A stretch of DNA of 61,536 bases. Source: an uncultured Clostridia bacterium (GTDB lineage: Bacteria; Bacillota; Clostridia; Oscillospirales; Acutalibacteraceae). Position numbers and translations under genes: made by a program. Below are positions 52,957-61,536 of this stretch, one piece after another. The stretch covers positions 1-61,536 of the forward strand of contig CAMGDG010000001.1 of the NCBI GenBank assembly GCA_946041635.1. Reading direction: 5' to 3'. Numbering within the stretch: the first letter of the stretch is position 1; every line of letters starts with the position of its first letter. Under the pieces are notes generated by a model. The model was not told the DNA's origin, made no database searches, and was given only the letters and a program-made list of their open reading frames with translations.

Positions 52957-53823
52957 ATGGAATTGACATACTTAAAGCTTGATGCGAAAAAAAATCTTGT
53001 TAATAATCAGGCAAAATTGTTTTTTGCATCAATTTTTCCTTATGTAGCTATTTTTTCACTTGCCGTATTGAATTATTATTTGTATTTTTTGTTAATGAAA
53101 AGCGATTTTTCTTTTATACCGTATGCTTCATCATATGCCGGCGTAATAAGACCGACACTTTTTACCGCAAGCATAGTGCTGTCTGTTTTGCTCTGGCGTG
53201 CTTCAAGACTGTGTGCGGACAAATATTTCTTTTTGAAAAGCAGAGGCGAAAAAATAACCTTTGCCGCCTCAATAAAAAGCATAGGCATTAAGCAGTGCTT
53301 AACATTTTTGATGACGGATATCCTGCGGTTTTTCCTTTCCCTTGCATGGTTCGCATTTTTCTTTGCTCCGTCCGTAATAACAGGGGGAATACTTTTTTAT
53401 GCTATAAAAACAGGCGGATACGGAAACAAAATTCTGCTGACTCTTTTTGTCTCAACCTTAATGCTTTTTGCGGCAGGCACGGTGTTTCTTTATATCATTC
53501 TTAAAAGATATTCTATGTGCGAGGGGATAATTTTCTCCGAAAAAGAAACAGACTCTCTGCGAGTAATAGAACAAAGCATTGAGCTTATGGAGGGTAACAC
53601 GCTTAAATATGCGGGATACTGTGCGTCCCTGTGGGGCTGGAAAATTCTTTGCCTGCTTTTAATTCCACTTATTTATGTGCTTCCCTATGCAAATATGGCA
53701 AAATACAGCTTTTATAATAATGTGTCCGGATTTGTATTTTACAAACACAAATGCGAAAAACCCATAATTTTTTATTTTCGGTCAAAAGACACAAAGATAA
53801 AAGAAAAAAGGCTTGAAATTTGA
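52957..53823 (+). CDS. Polytopic membrane protein of unknown function (possibly DUF975-like)
   Basis: 288 aa, about 6 TM helices. The N-terminus LKLDAKKNLVNNQAKLFFASIF resembles DUF975 proteins, but this is a weak call. Confidence 0.45.
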   Translation: MELTYLKLDAKKNLVNNQAKLFFASIFPYVAIFSLAVLNYYLYFLLMKSDFSFIPYASSYAGVIRPTLFTASIVLSVLLWRASRLCADKYFFLKSRGEKITFAASIKSIGIKQCLTFLMTDILRFFLSLAWFAFFFAPSVITGGILFYAIKTGGYGNKILLTLFVSTLMLFAAGTVFLYIILKRYSMCEGIIFSEKETDSLRVIEQSIELMEGNTLKYAGYCASLWGWKILCLLLIPLIYVLPYANMAKYSFYNNVSGFVFYKHKCEKPIIFYFRSKDTKIKEKRLEI

Positions 53824-53842
53824 AGCTTCAAATTTCAAGCCT
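53809..53842. terminator. Perfect 17+17 palindrome spanning the stop codon of the membrane-protein gene
   Basis: AGGCTTGAAATTTGAAG/CTTCAAATTTCAAGCCT. The T-tract is weak. Confidence 0.5.
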
Positions 53843-53903
53843 TATAATAATACAAAAATCAGTCCGTTACAAGGTAGGAAAAATCAAAGTGATTTTTCAA
53901 ACA

Positions 53904-54476
53904 TTAAAGGATAATACCCATTGTGCCGGGTTTTGCCGATGCGGCATTTGATTCGTCTGTATCGATGTGCATTGCAAGGGCAAAGTTAGGATTAACTCTT
54001 ACAACAACATCGCCGAAAACAAGCTCTCTGCCGTCCGAGGGAATTTTAACATTGACAATCTGCTTGTCGGCAACACCGTATTTTGCGGCGTCATCGGGAG
54101 TCATATGTATATGTCTTTTTGCAACTATAACGCCCTTTTCAATTTCGATTTCGCCCTTGGGACCAACAATCTTACAGCCTGCGCTGCCCTCAATATCGCC
54201 TGACTCTCTTACGGGAGCGGCAACACCGATGCTGCGTGCGTCGGAAGCGGAAATCTCAACCTGAGTAGCGTTTCTTACAGGACCGAGAATTGAAACTGCG
54301 GGGAACTGACCTTTGGGGCCGATAACCGCAACTCTCTCTTCACAGGCATACTGACCGGGCTGAGAAAGGTCCTTTTTCTTGGTGAGGCAATAGCCTGCGC
54401 CGAAAAGGATTTCAAGGTCTTCCTTTGACACATGCACATGTCTTGCAGAGGTTTCAACTAAAACTGTTTTTTCCAT
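53904..54476 (-). CDS. pduL: Phosphate propanoyl/acetyl-transferase PduL
   Basis: Two PduL repeats: SARHVHVSKEDLEILFG and AKRHIHMTPDDAAKYG. Confidence 0.9.
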   Translation of the reverse strand: MEKTVLVETSARHVHVSKEDLEILFGAGYCLTKKKDLSQPGQYACEERVAVIGPKGQFPAVSILGPVRNATQVEISASDARSIGVAAPVRESGDIEGSAGCKIVGPKGEIEIEKGVIVAKRHIHMTPDDAAKYGVADKQIVNVKIPSDGRELVFGDVVVRVNPNFALAMHIDTDESNAASAKPGTMGIIL

Positions 54477-54543
54477 ATATCATTCTTCTTTCATATTATT
54501 TGTTATATATAATATAACTTTTTACGCCGTTTGTAAAGTACCG

Positions 54544-55197
54544 TTATAGCAATTCCGAAAAAGAACTTATGTAATAATCGGCAAATTCCCGAATTTCTTT
54601 TTCGTCCTTTGCCGAGCTGTCGTCATAAACGCCGCAAACGGTAAATCCGCCTTTTTTAGCACTTTTTACGCCCTCAATAATATCCTCAAAAACAATACAT
54701 TCTTGCGGATTTAAGTTTAGCCTTTCTGCGGCAAGCAAATAAACATAAGGCTCGCTTTTGTCCTTATCCACCTCATAAACATATGCCTTTGAGTCAAAAT
54801 ATTCATAAACATTGTTGGCTTTTAAAACTGTGTCGCAAAGAATATCGGCACTGGCGGTGGCGTATGTGCATTTTAATCCGTTTGCTTTGCATTTTTCTAT
54901 AAATTTCTTTGCACCGTCTTTGAGCTTAACATTGTATTTGTATTCTTCAAGCGCAAGCGTATGCCATTCCTCAATAATTTCTTTTGCAGATTCTTTAATA
55001 TTGTATTTTCCCTTTGTATATTCTGCAATGGCGGTAAACGGCATTTTGCTGATAACCTTTTTGTACCCTTTGGGAACTTCCATGCCTCTGCGCTTGAAAA
55101 ACTCAATATCCACCTGATGCCATACATTCATTGAGTCAAGAAGCGTTCCGTCCAAATCGAAAATAACACCTTTAAAATTTTTAATATCCATAATCAT
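54544..55197 (-). CDS. HAD-IA family hydrolase
   Basis: VIFDLDGTLLDS and EDIIEGVKSAKKGG. Confidence 0.85.
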   Translation of the reverse strand: MIMDIKNFKGVIFDLDGTLLDSMNVWHQVDIEFFKRRGMEVPKGYKKVISKMPFTAIAEYTKGKYNIKESAKEIIEEWHTLALEEYKYNVKLKDGAKKFIEKCKANGLKCTYATASADILCDTVLKANNVYEYFDSKAYVYEVDKDKSEPYVYLLAAERLNLNPQECIVFEDIIEGVKSAKKGGFTVCGVYDDSSAKDEKEIREFADYYISSFSELL

Positions 55198-56027
55198 TTT
55201 TCCAATACATATTTTTCAATAGCTTGTGCAACTCCGCATCGGTAATTGGAGGCGGTAATGAATTTTGCGCTGTTTTTGGCGTAATCACTGCCGTTTTCCA
55301 TAGCAAATGAGTATTTAGCAAAGCTTAACATTTCACAGTCGTTTTCTCCGTCACCGAAGCACATTACATTATCGCTGTTTATTCCGAGAGCGTCTGCAAG
55401 AGAGCGCAGAGCAAAGCCCTTGTTGGCGTAGTAGTTGTTCATTTCAAGATTGTCCGAAATTGACGATGTAATATAAATTTCACCTGTTTTGCGAAGTTCA
55501 TTTTCAAGCATTTCACGCTCTTTTGCGGTTAAATTCATAGCGTTGATTTTCTCAATGCCCCTGTTCCCGATAAGCGCCGATAAATCGTCAACCGCAGTTG
55601 TAAATTCTTTTAACACATACAAAAATATAGGTTGGAGGTTTTTCTCCTCGTATTTTTTATACGATTCCTTGCTTGCGTAGCACTTGCCGTCAAAATATAT
55701 TTCAAAGGGTATGCCGTGACTGTCAAGGATTTGAAATATTTTCAAAGTCTGACTGTTTTCAATAAGCTTTGAGGATATAACGCAGTTGTTTTTAATGTCA
55801 TAAGTCATCGCACCGTTTGAGGTTACGAGATAATCAAGAAAGGGGAGTTGGTTTAAAATATCATCTGTGAGTATTTTTGTTCTGCCGCTGGCAACGGCGG
55901 TTTTAACTCCCATATCGTGCGCCGCCTTGAAAGCGTCAATGTTTCTTTGCGGAATAGTTATGTGGTCATTATCAAAAAATGTACCGTCAAGGTCGGTAGC
56001 GATTAACTTTATTTCCATGATTTTCAC
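55194..56027 (-). CDS. Cof-type HAD-IIB hydrolase
   Basis: IATDLDGTF and GDGENDCEM. Confidence 0.85.
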   Translation of the reverse strand: MKIMEIKLIATDLDGTFFDNDHITIPQRNIDAFKAAHDMGVKTAVASGRTKILTDDILNQLPFLDYLVTSNGAMTYDIKNNCVISSKLIENSQTLKIFQILDSHGIPFEIYFDGKCYASKESYKKYEEKNLQPIFLYVLKEFTTAVDDLSALIGNRGIEKINAMNLTAKEREMLENELRKTGEIYITSSISDNLEMNNYYANKGFALRSLADALGINSDNVMCFGDGENDCEMLSFAKYSFAMENGSDYAKNSAKFITASNYRCGVAQAIEKYVLEK

Positions 56028-56093
56028 CGTCCGTGTTTACTTTCCCGAAAAATGTGATAAAATATATGAAACACATTTTCAGGGGCTGTAATA

Positions 56094-56957
56094 ATGAAAG
56101 ATAAATTAAAATATTTATATGTTGTTGCCGCAGGCTCTCTTTGGGGAATAATAAGCCTGTTTTTAAAGCCTATGCTGAACTTGGGCTTTTCACAAATACA
56201 AACCGTAACTTTGCGCTGTCTCATTGCGGCGGCTGTGCTTGGCGTTTATATGCTTATTAAGGATAAAAGCCTTTTCCGCTTCAAGCTTCGTGACATCTGG
56301 TGCTTTATAGGTACGGGACTTGTCAGTCTTATGTTTTTCAGTATTTGCTATTTTTATTCAATGACATATAACGGAGTTTGCGTTGCGGTAATTCTCCTTT
56401 ATACCTCGCCCGTGTTTGTAATGCTTTTGTCCCTGCCGCTTTTCAAGGAAAAAATTACATATAAAAAGCTTATAGCCGTTGTTCTTACCGTGGCAGGCTG
56501 TGTTTTCGTCAGCGGGGCAGCAGGGGGACAGTCCATAGGCTTTGTGGGTATTGTGCTGGGCATTTGCTCGGGACTGGGATATGCTCTTTACAGCATTTTC
56601 AGCCGATATGCTCTGCAAAGAAATTATAACAGTATGACGATTTCATTTTATACCTTTCTTTTTTGCGGCTTGGGCTGTCTGCCCTTTGCGTCGCCCGTTT
56701 CAATGGCGTTGAGCCTTTCGCCGAAAGCAGTTTTATACTCTCTCGGATTGGGCGTAGTGTGCTGTGTAATGCCGTATATCCTTTACACAAAAGGGCTTGA
56801 ATATGTAGATAACACAAGAGCCTCGGTAATTGTTGCCGTTGAGCCGGTTGTCGCCTCTCTTATCGGCGTGTTTGTGTATAACGAAAGCGTGACCGCCGTA
56901 AAACTTTTAGGCGTGGCGCTGGTGCTTTCGGCAGTGGTCATATGCAGTAAAGATTAG
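56094..56957 (+). CDS. DMT (EamA-type) transporter
   Basis: 287 aa, 10 TM helices in two repeats. Confidence 0.8.
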   Translation: MKDKLKYLYVVAAGSLWGIISLFLKPMLNLGFSQIQTVTLRCLIAAAVLGVYMLIKDKSLFRFKLRDIWCFIGTGLVSLMFFSICYFYSMTYNGVCVAVILLYTSPVFVMLLSLPLFKEKITYKKLIAVVLTVAGCVFVSGAAGGQSIGFVGIVLGICSGLGYALYSIFSRYALQRNYNSMTISFYTFLFCGLGCLPFASPVSMALSLSPKAVLYSLGLGVVCCVMPYILYTKGLEYVDNTRASVIVAVEPVVASLIGVFVYNESVTAVKLLGVALVLSAVVICSKD

Positions 56958-57993
56958 TGTCCCAAAATGAAATATGAGGATGATGGCGCAAATAGATTTT
57001 GTATGAGCCGTTTATTTCATTTATCATGTTAACAAGGTCAAATATATCCTCACTGCGGTGATATGCCGCAATACACAATTTAGGTTTTACTCGGCTCAAA
57101 GCGGCTTTTGCTCCTTTGAGCATTTCTTTTTCCGCACCCTCTGCGTCACAGTTTATATATGTGAATTTACCGTATTTTTCATAAAGGCCGTCAATGGAAA
57201 CACAGGGGATTTTCTTTTCGCCGTTTCCCAAATTACCGCCTCTGCCTAAATTACCGTGGAAACTTAAAACCGTATCGTCACTCCAAACAGCGTTGTTTAG
57301 TAAAATACAGTTTTTCATACCTTCACAGTGGGCTTTCAACTTTTTAAATGTGCGGCAGTCAGGCTCCAAAGCCAAAATTTTTTCGTATTTTCCCGCATAT
57401 CGGAGAAATTCGTCAATTGTGTCGCCGCGGTATGCGCCAAGGTCGAGAAAGCTTTCCTTTTCACCTAAATTCAGCAGTGAAAACGCCTCGTCTTTACCGC
57501 TTTCACAGTCAAAGGTGTATTTTAATTCTCCCGTAATCTGAAAACGGATAATATTTTCAAAAACGGATTTTGATTTTTCATCGGCGAGAATACCGTATGC
57601 CTTTTCAATTTCGTCAAAGTGCTTTTCAAGAAAGTCTTTGTTGAATATATTATCTCCGTAAACGGGTACGGAGGGCATAATAACCTTGTGACGGGCTGAA
57701 AGGGATTTGATACTGTCAATAACCTGCGGCAGATGGCTTGCAAAGGCGAGAGCAACGGTGAAATCGCCAAGCTCGTTTTCAAGTGCGGAAACGCTCTTAA
57801 CCTCAAAGCCGTGAAAAGTCCTTTTCCGCACAAATCCGTCGCTGGCAATAACCGCGGAAACGGTTACGGAGAGCCTTTCAAATTCCTCAAATACACGGTC
57901 GGCACCGTTACCCGTGCCGTAAACCGCAACGGGCAGGGGAGAGGATTTTAAATATTCCCACGAGGATTTTTCATGGAGTATGTCTTTGAGCAT
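56938..57993 (-). CDS. FkbM-family methyltransferase with an N-terminal Rossmann-like domain
   Basis: ORF to 58023. ATG 57993 is preferred (GGCGGTGA RBS). Contains FLDLGAYRGDTIDEF. Confidence 0.75.
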   Translation of the reverse strand: MLKDILHEKSSWEYLKSSPLPVAVYGTGNGADRVFEEFERLSVTVSAVIASDGFVRKRTFHGFEVKSVSALENELGDFTVALAFASHLPQVIDSIKSLSARHKVIMPSVPVYGDNIFNKDFLEKHFDEIEKAYGILADEKSKSVFENIIRFQITGELKYTFDCESGKDEAFSLLNLGEKESFLDLGAYRGDTIDEFLRYAGKYEKILALEPDCRTFKKLKAHCEGMKNCILLNNAVWSDDTVLSFHGNLGRGGNLGNGEKKIPCVSIDGLYEKYGKFTYINCDAEGAEKEMLKGAKAALSRVKPKLCIAAYHRSEDIFDLVNMINEINGSYKIYLRHHPHISFWDTNLYCI

Positions 57994-58125
57994 TTCTTCA
58001 CCGCCTTTTGTAAATTTTAGCATAATTTTTTAAAATTCGCCATATAATAAATAATGAAATAGGAGCATAAATGCTGCCGCTTTTTGTTGAAATACGGAGA
58101 AATCCCGATTTGTGTAAAAAAGGTA

Positions 58126-58154
58126 TTGACAAATTGCGGATATAAGTGTATTAT
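58126..58154 (+). promoter_or_regulatory. Promoter of the tRNA gene
   Basis: TTGACA, 17 nt, TATTAT, ~35 nt upstream of the tRNA 5' end. Confidence 0.6.
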
Positions 58155-58187
58155 TATAGGGCACTCTGAGGAGAGCAAAGTAAATAT

Positions 58188-58263
<76 letters not shown>

Positions 58264-58269
58264 AACACG

Positions 58270-58302
58270 AAACCTTGAAACAGCAATGTTTTGAGGTTTT
58301 TT
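58270..58302 (+). terminator. Terminator after the tRNA
   Basis: 13-bp stem AAACCTTGAAACA/TGTTTTGAGGTTT (two G:U pairs), 4-nt loop, then a short T-run (TTT). Confidence 0.75.
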
Positions 58303-58524
58303 CATTTGCTTTGGAAATCATAAAAACAACACTTTTCTAACATTTTTTCTAACACATTTACACGAACATATTAACCATCGAATTTGAAATATTCTTTTTT
58401 CGTTCAATATCAATATGACCGTAAGCGGCTTCATTATTCGTTATGCATTTAGAAAAGTCGAAGTTGTTAATGAATATTGAAGAATGAAAAATGAAAAATG
58501 AAAAATACAAAAAGAAAAGCCACA

Positions 58525-60165
58525 CTATCGTGCGACTTTTCTTTTTGGTGACCCGTCCATTGATATTGTCGAACCGAAATCAATATTGACTTCATTAAAG
58601 CCCTCAAGCCCCTCGGTCTCAAATGGGTCAAAAACGATTCTAATTCTTGAACCGCCGTCATCATCGTCATCATACACATAAACGGAGTCAATGAATGTGT
58701 CGCAGAACTCTTTTTTAATTTTTGGTGTGAGTTTGCCTTGTTTACATATTTCTCTCATTCGGTCACGTACATTTTTAAGACTTTCTTCAATATCTTCAAT
58801 TTTCATTACTTTATATTCTCGTTCTAATTTGTCGAGCATTTTTTGTAATTCACTCTTTTTATTCTCTGCTTGAGAAATCCTTTCATATACTATTGTTGAT
58901 TTAATGCCCGACTCAACCATATCAAAAAGGTTGTTAATTTTATTAACTTCTTCTCTTATTTGGTCTTGAATTTTCTTCTTTTGCTCGTCACACTTTGCTT
59001 TTTCTTGTAAATTATAAACCGCTTTAGCAAGACGTGAAATATTTTCATCACACAAATATTGATTTGAAGTATATTCAACAACTAAATTTTCTAACGCATC
59101 TTTTTCAACTCTCTTTTTATCGCAGTTGTTTTTATGTCTTACTTGTTTTTTGCCACGGCAAACATAATAACGATATATAATGTATTCTGAATTTATATCT
59201 ATGCCGTCTTCATATTCGTTGATTGCAGACGTAATTGAATTAAGTGAAGCAATAGAAAATTCGGTTTTTATAGGGTTATAATATTTGTTCTTTTTCTTTA
59301 CAGAGTCGGCAACCATTGGCTGATTACACTTGCCACAAAATACCTTACCCACTAACGCATAAGGTTCTATTGCGTTGGCTCTTGCACCTGTGTTACTTTT
59401 TTCGTCCAATCTTTTTTGAGCCTTTTCAAATATTCTTTTATCGACTATTGGTTCAATACCGTCAGCAAACTCAATGCCATTCCAACATAATAAACCGATA
59501 TATTTTTTATTTCTTAACATTCTATAAAGAAATTCGTGTGTAAATTCTCTGCCTTGTGGTGTTCTGTAACCTTTTGAGTTTATATGCTCTAATATATCTT
59601 TATTGGTTCTTCCGTTGGCATACATATCAAAAACTTGTTTAACAACAATGGCTTCATTTTCGTTAATTTCATAATGTTCGTTAACGATATTATAACCGTA
59701 TGTTCTGTAACCGCCGTTGCATTTGCCTTTCATAGCATTTTCTTGCATTCCGCGTGTTACCTTTTCGGCTAACTCTAATGAATAATATTCAGCCATTCCC
59801 TCAAATAAAGACTCAATAATAACGCCTGTGTTATCGTCGGGAATATTCTGTGTAACAGAATAAACTTTTATGCCGTTCTTCTGCAACATACCCTTATAGA
59901 TTGCACTATCACCACGATTACGAGCAAAACGGTCAAAATTCCATACAAGAACAACATCAAACATTTTCTTCATACTGTCTTTAAGTAAACGTTGGAATTC
60001 AGGTCTGTCGGCAGTTCTGCCCGAAGTGGCTTTGTCACAATATTCGCCTATGACATTCATTCCGTGTTTTTCTGCATAGTCGTTACAACGTCTTAACTGA
60101 CCCTCTATTGACTCTTCACGTTGTTTTTGTGAACTGTATCTTGCATATATAACTGCATTAGGCAT
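58525..60165 (-). CDS. Large serine recombinase (integrase)
   Basis: 546 aa. Resolvase catalytic block AVIYARYSSQKQ...SIEGQ...DRFARN, then a recombinase domain, a zinc-ribbon-like CGKCNQPM...CRGK and a coiled coil. Confidence 0.9.
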   Translation of the reverse strand: MPNAVIYARYSSQKQREESIEGQLRRCNDYAEKHGMNVIGEYCDKATSGRTADRPEFQRLLKDSMKKMFDVVLVWNFDRFARNRGDSAIYKGMLQKNGIKVYSVTQNIPDDNTGVIIESLFEGMAEYYSLELAEKVTRGMQENAMKGKCNGGYRTYGYNIVNEHYEINENEAIVVKQVFDMYANGRTNKDILEHINSKGYRTPQGREFTHEFLYRMLRNKKYIGLLCWNGIEFADGIEPIVDKRIFEKAQKRLDEKSNTGARANAIEPYALVGKVFCGKCNQPMVADSVKKKNKYYNPIKTEFSIASLNSITSAINEYEDGIDINSEYIIYRYYVCRGKKQVRHKNNCDKKRVEKDALENLVVEYTSNQYLCDENISRLAKAVYNLQEKAKCDEQKKKIQDQIREEVNKINNLFDMVESGIKSTIVYERISQAENKKSELQKMLDKLEREYKVMKIEDIEESLKNVRDRMREICKQGKLTPKIKKEFCDTFIDSVYVYDDDDDGGSRIRIVFDPFETEGLEGFNEVNIDFGSTISMDGSPKRKVAR

Positions 60166-60233
60166 AATTTCGTCCCCTTTATTTTTGAGATAGTAAAATT
60201 ATACCATAACCGAACACCATACACAAGTAAAGC

Positions 60234-60273
60234 AAAAAATAAAGTCCTTTATTCCGTACAAAATAAAGGACTT
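60234..60273 (-). terminator. Terminator after the Thr-rich protein gene
   Basis: 12-bp stem AAGTCCTTTATT/AATAAAGGACTT. The minus strand is followed by TATTTTTT. Confidence 0.7.
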
Positions 60274-60422
60274 AGTAAAATATAAACGTCAAAATAATTA
60301 ACATTAAACGTTCTGTTATTAATCCTTTTAGGTTGGCAGCAGAGCATTTTTTATTTAGTATGCATAGCAAAAAATAAAAGCCCTCATAACGAGGACTTTT
60401 AAGAATATTAAACTTTTTCTTA

Positions 60423-61100
60423 TTAACCAAAATTGATATGACAATTACCATGACAATAGATTTCGGGTTCATCAATCCAACGGTCATCTGATGGCGACAC
60501 CAATGTTTTACCACAATGCTCACATTTAGCAGTACCATTAATTATTGCAGGGCACTTTTCTGACGAAATAACCGGCAAATCAGGATTTCCTAAAAGGTCA
60601 GTGCCATACTCGAGACTTGGACAATCATGTTTTCCGCATGTGTCACATTTATAATTTCTAACCTCTTTGAGATGGGCCTCGTATCCTTCTTTACCGCCAT
60701 AATATTTATAAAGTCCCTCTCTTGCTTCATCTTCTGGTACCTTATCAGGTTTTGAAGGTTTTGTAGTTGTAACTGGCTTCTTTGTTGTAGTTTCGGTTTT
60801 GTTTGGTTTTTTAGTTGTTGTTTCTTTGTCGTTTTTTCCAGTAGTTGTATCGGTTGTTGAATTTTTGTCTTCTTCCTGAGTTTTATCAGAGGTCTCAGAA
60901 CTCTCTTCTGTTACTTTTTCAGTTGTTGTTCCGTCACCTTGGGCGGTGTTTTCTGTTGTGCCTTGGGTTGTTGTGGTTGAATTGTCAACATCAATTTTAT
61001 TGTTGTTAAATGTAACTGCTACTACAACAATAGCCACCACAAGCACCAACGAAACAACGCTAATTATAATATTGCGTTTGTTGTTAAAAAATTCTTTCAT
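60423..61100 (-). CDS. Membrane-anchored exported protein with a Thr/Lys-rich linker and a C-terminal Cys/His-rich domain
   Basis: 225 aa with an N-terminal TM helix (IIISVVSLVLVVAIVVVAVTF), ETTTKKP-type repeats and a C-terminus CDTCGKHDCP...CPAII...CEHCGK...CHGNCH. RBS AAAGGGG. Confidence 0.6.
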   Translation of the reverse strand: MKEFFNNKRNIIISVVSLVLVVAIVVVAVTFNNNKIDVDNSTTTTQGTTENTAQGDGTTTEKVTEESSETSDKTQEEDKNSTTDTTTGKNDKETTTKKPNKTETTTKKPVTTTKPSKPDKVPEDEAREGLYKYYGGKEGYEAHLKEVRNYKCDTCGKHDCPSLEYGTDLLGNPDLPVISSEKCPAIINGTAKCEHCGKTLVSPSDDRWIDEPEIYCHGNCHINFG

Positions 61101-61178
61101 AATTCAAAACCCCTTTTAAAAATCTATAATAATTATATCACCATAAATCACCATTCGCAATAGTAAATTTATATTAAA

Positions 61179-61202
61179 ATGGGATAAAATCATATATCCC
61201 AT
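61179..61202. promoter_or_regulatory. Inverted-repeat operator candidate in the divergent control region
   Basis: ATGGGATA-N8-TATCCCAT, just upstream of a TATAAT at 61208-61213. Confidence 0.35.
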
Positions 61203-61229
61203 TTGAATATAATATTCTTGGTGATATAA

Positions 61230-61427
61230 ATGCGTCTCAAAGAATTACGCAAGGAAAAGGGCATAACTCAACAAAAATTAGCCCTTGACCTTAATACAAC
61301 ACAAAATTCAATATCACGTTATGAAAGCGGATTGCGACCACTTGATGCTAATATGTTAATGAAGATTGCAGATTATTTTAATGTGAGTGTTGATTATATT
61401 CTTGAACGTACTGATAAAAAGAACTAA
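61230..61427 (+). CDS. XRE-family helix-turn-helix regulator (Cro/CI-like)
   Basis: 65 aa with ITQQKLALDLNTTQNSISRYESG. Confidence 0.85.
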   Translation: MRLKELRKEKGITQQKLALDLNTTQNSISRYESGLRPLDANMLMKIADYFNVSVDYILERTDKKN

Positions 61428-61439
61428 TAATACAAAGTG

Positions 61440-61475
61440 AAACAACCAAGTATATAACTTGGTTGTTTTTATTTA
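61440..61475 (+). terminator. Terminator after the XRE gene
   Basis: AAACAACCAAGT-ATATA-ACTTGGTTGTTT followed by TTATTT. Confidence 0.75.
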
Positions 61476-61536
61476 TTGGTAATAGATTATAAGCAATAAG
61501 AAAAAAGAAATAAGATAAAAGTAATAAGTAATAAGT

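Larger units (their letters stand above)
58303..61536. mobile_element. Partial integrated element (prophage or ICE-like) starting next to the tRNA; continues beyond the window
   Basis: Abrupt drop in GC after the tRNA terminator (one 60-nt line at 58801 hand-counted at 25% GC, against 48% at 31021). Carries a large serine recombinase, an XRE regulator and an orphan exported protein. Confidence 0.55.

Noticed and set aside
58467-58691. 74-aa ORF, and the heptamer repeat as a possible CRISPR or minisatellite
   Set aside because: The ORF overlaps the recombinase 3' end in another frame. The repeat is only 3 x 7 nt with no spacers.
60272-60538. 88-aa minus-strand ORF
   Set aside because: It overlaps the 3' end of the 60423..61100 gene in another frame and runs through its terminator.

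Overview
This is a 61.5-kb chromosomal window from an endospore-forming Firmicute. It looks Clostridia-like from gene content: sigG, ylmC/ymxH, a yabM/spoVB-like flippase, and recJ-rel-dtd and glmU-pth-mfd synteny. All family calls are from reading the translations; no searches were run.

Left third (1-19 kb): a minus-strand rnfCDGEAB operon is extended by four extra genes: a NusG-domain-II protein, a Gx/ECF-S-like transporter, a tandem FMN_bind-like lipoprotein, and a lipoprotein ApbE flavin transferase. It is divergently paired with a plus-strand 10-gene Mrp cluster in Mbh-type order (E-F-G-B'-B-C-D-D-D-A) with four antiporter-like subunits and no catalytic head. This 18.6-kb bioenergetic block is bracketed by ~165-nt direct repeats and ends in an asnA 5' remnant. 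It is the most interesting part of the window.

Middle:
- a Fur-family regulator plus a PTPS/QueD-like zinc-ribbon fusion;
- an acyl-CoA ligase / SSS symporter / iorAB / paaK / ACT operon;
- housekeeping genes: ltaS-like, mfd, pth, glmU, recJ, rel, dtd, hemZ, mazG, hup, dut, U32 peptidase, zapA, sigG, glmS, pduL, HAD hydrolases, a DMT transporter and an FkbM methyltransferase.

Right end: an initiator tRNA-Met is followed by an abruptly AT-rich partial integrated element carrying a large serine recombinase, a Thr-rich/Cys-rich exported protein and an XRE regulator.

I found no CRISPR array, rRNA or recognisable defence system.
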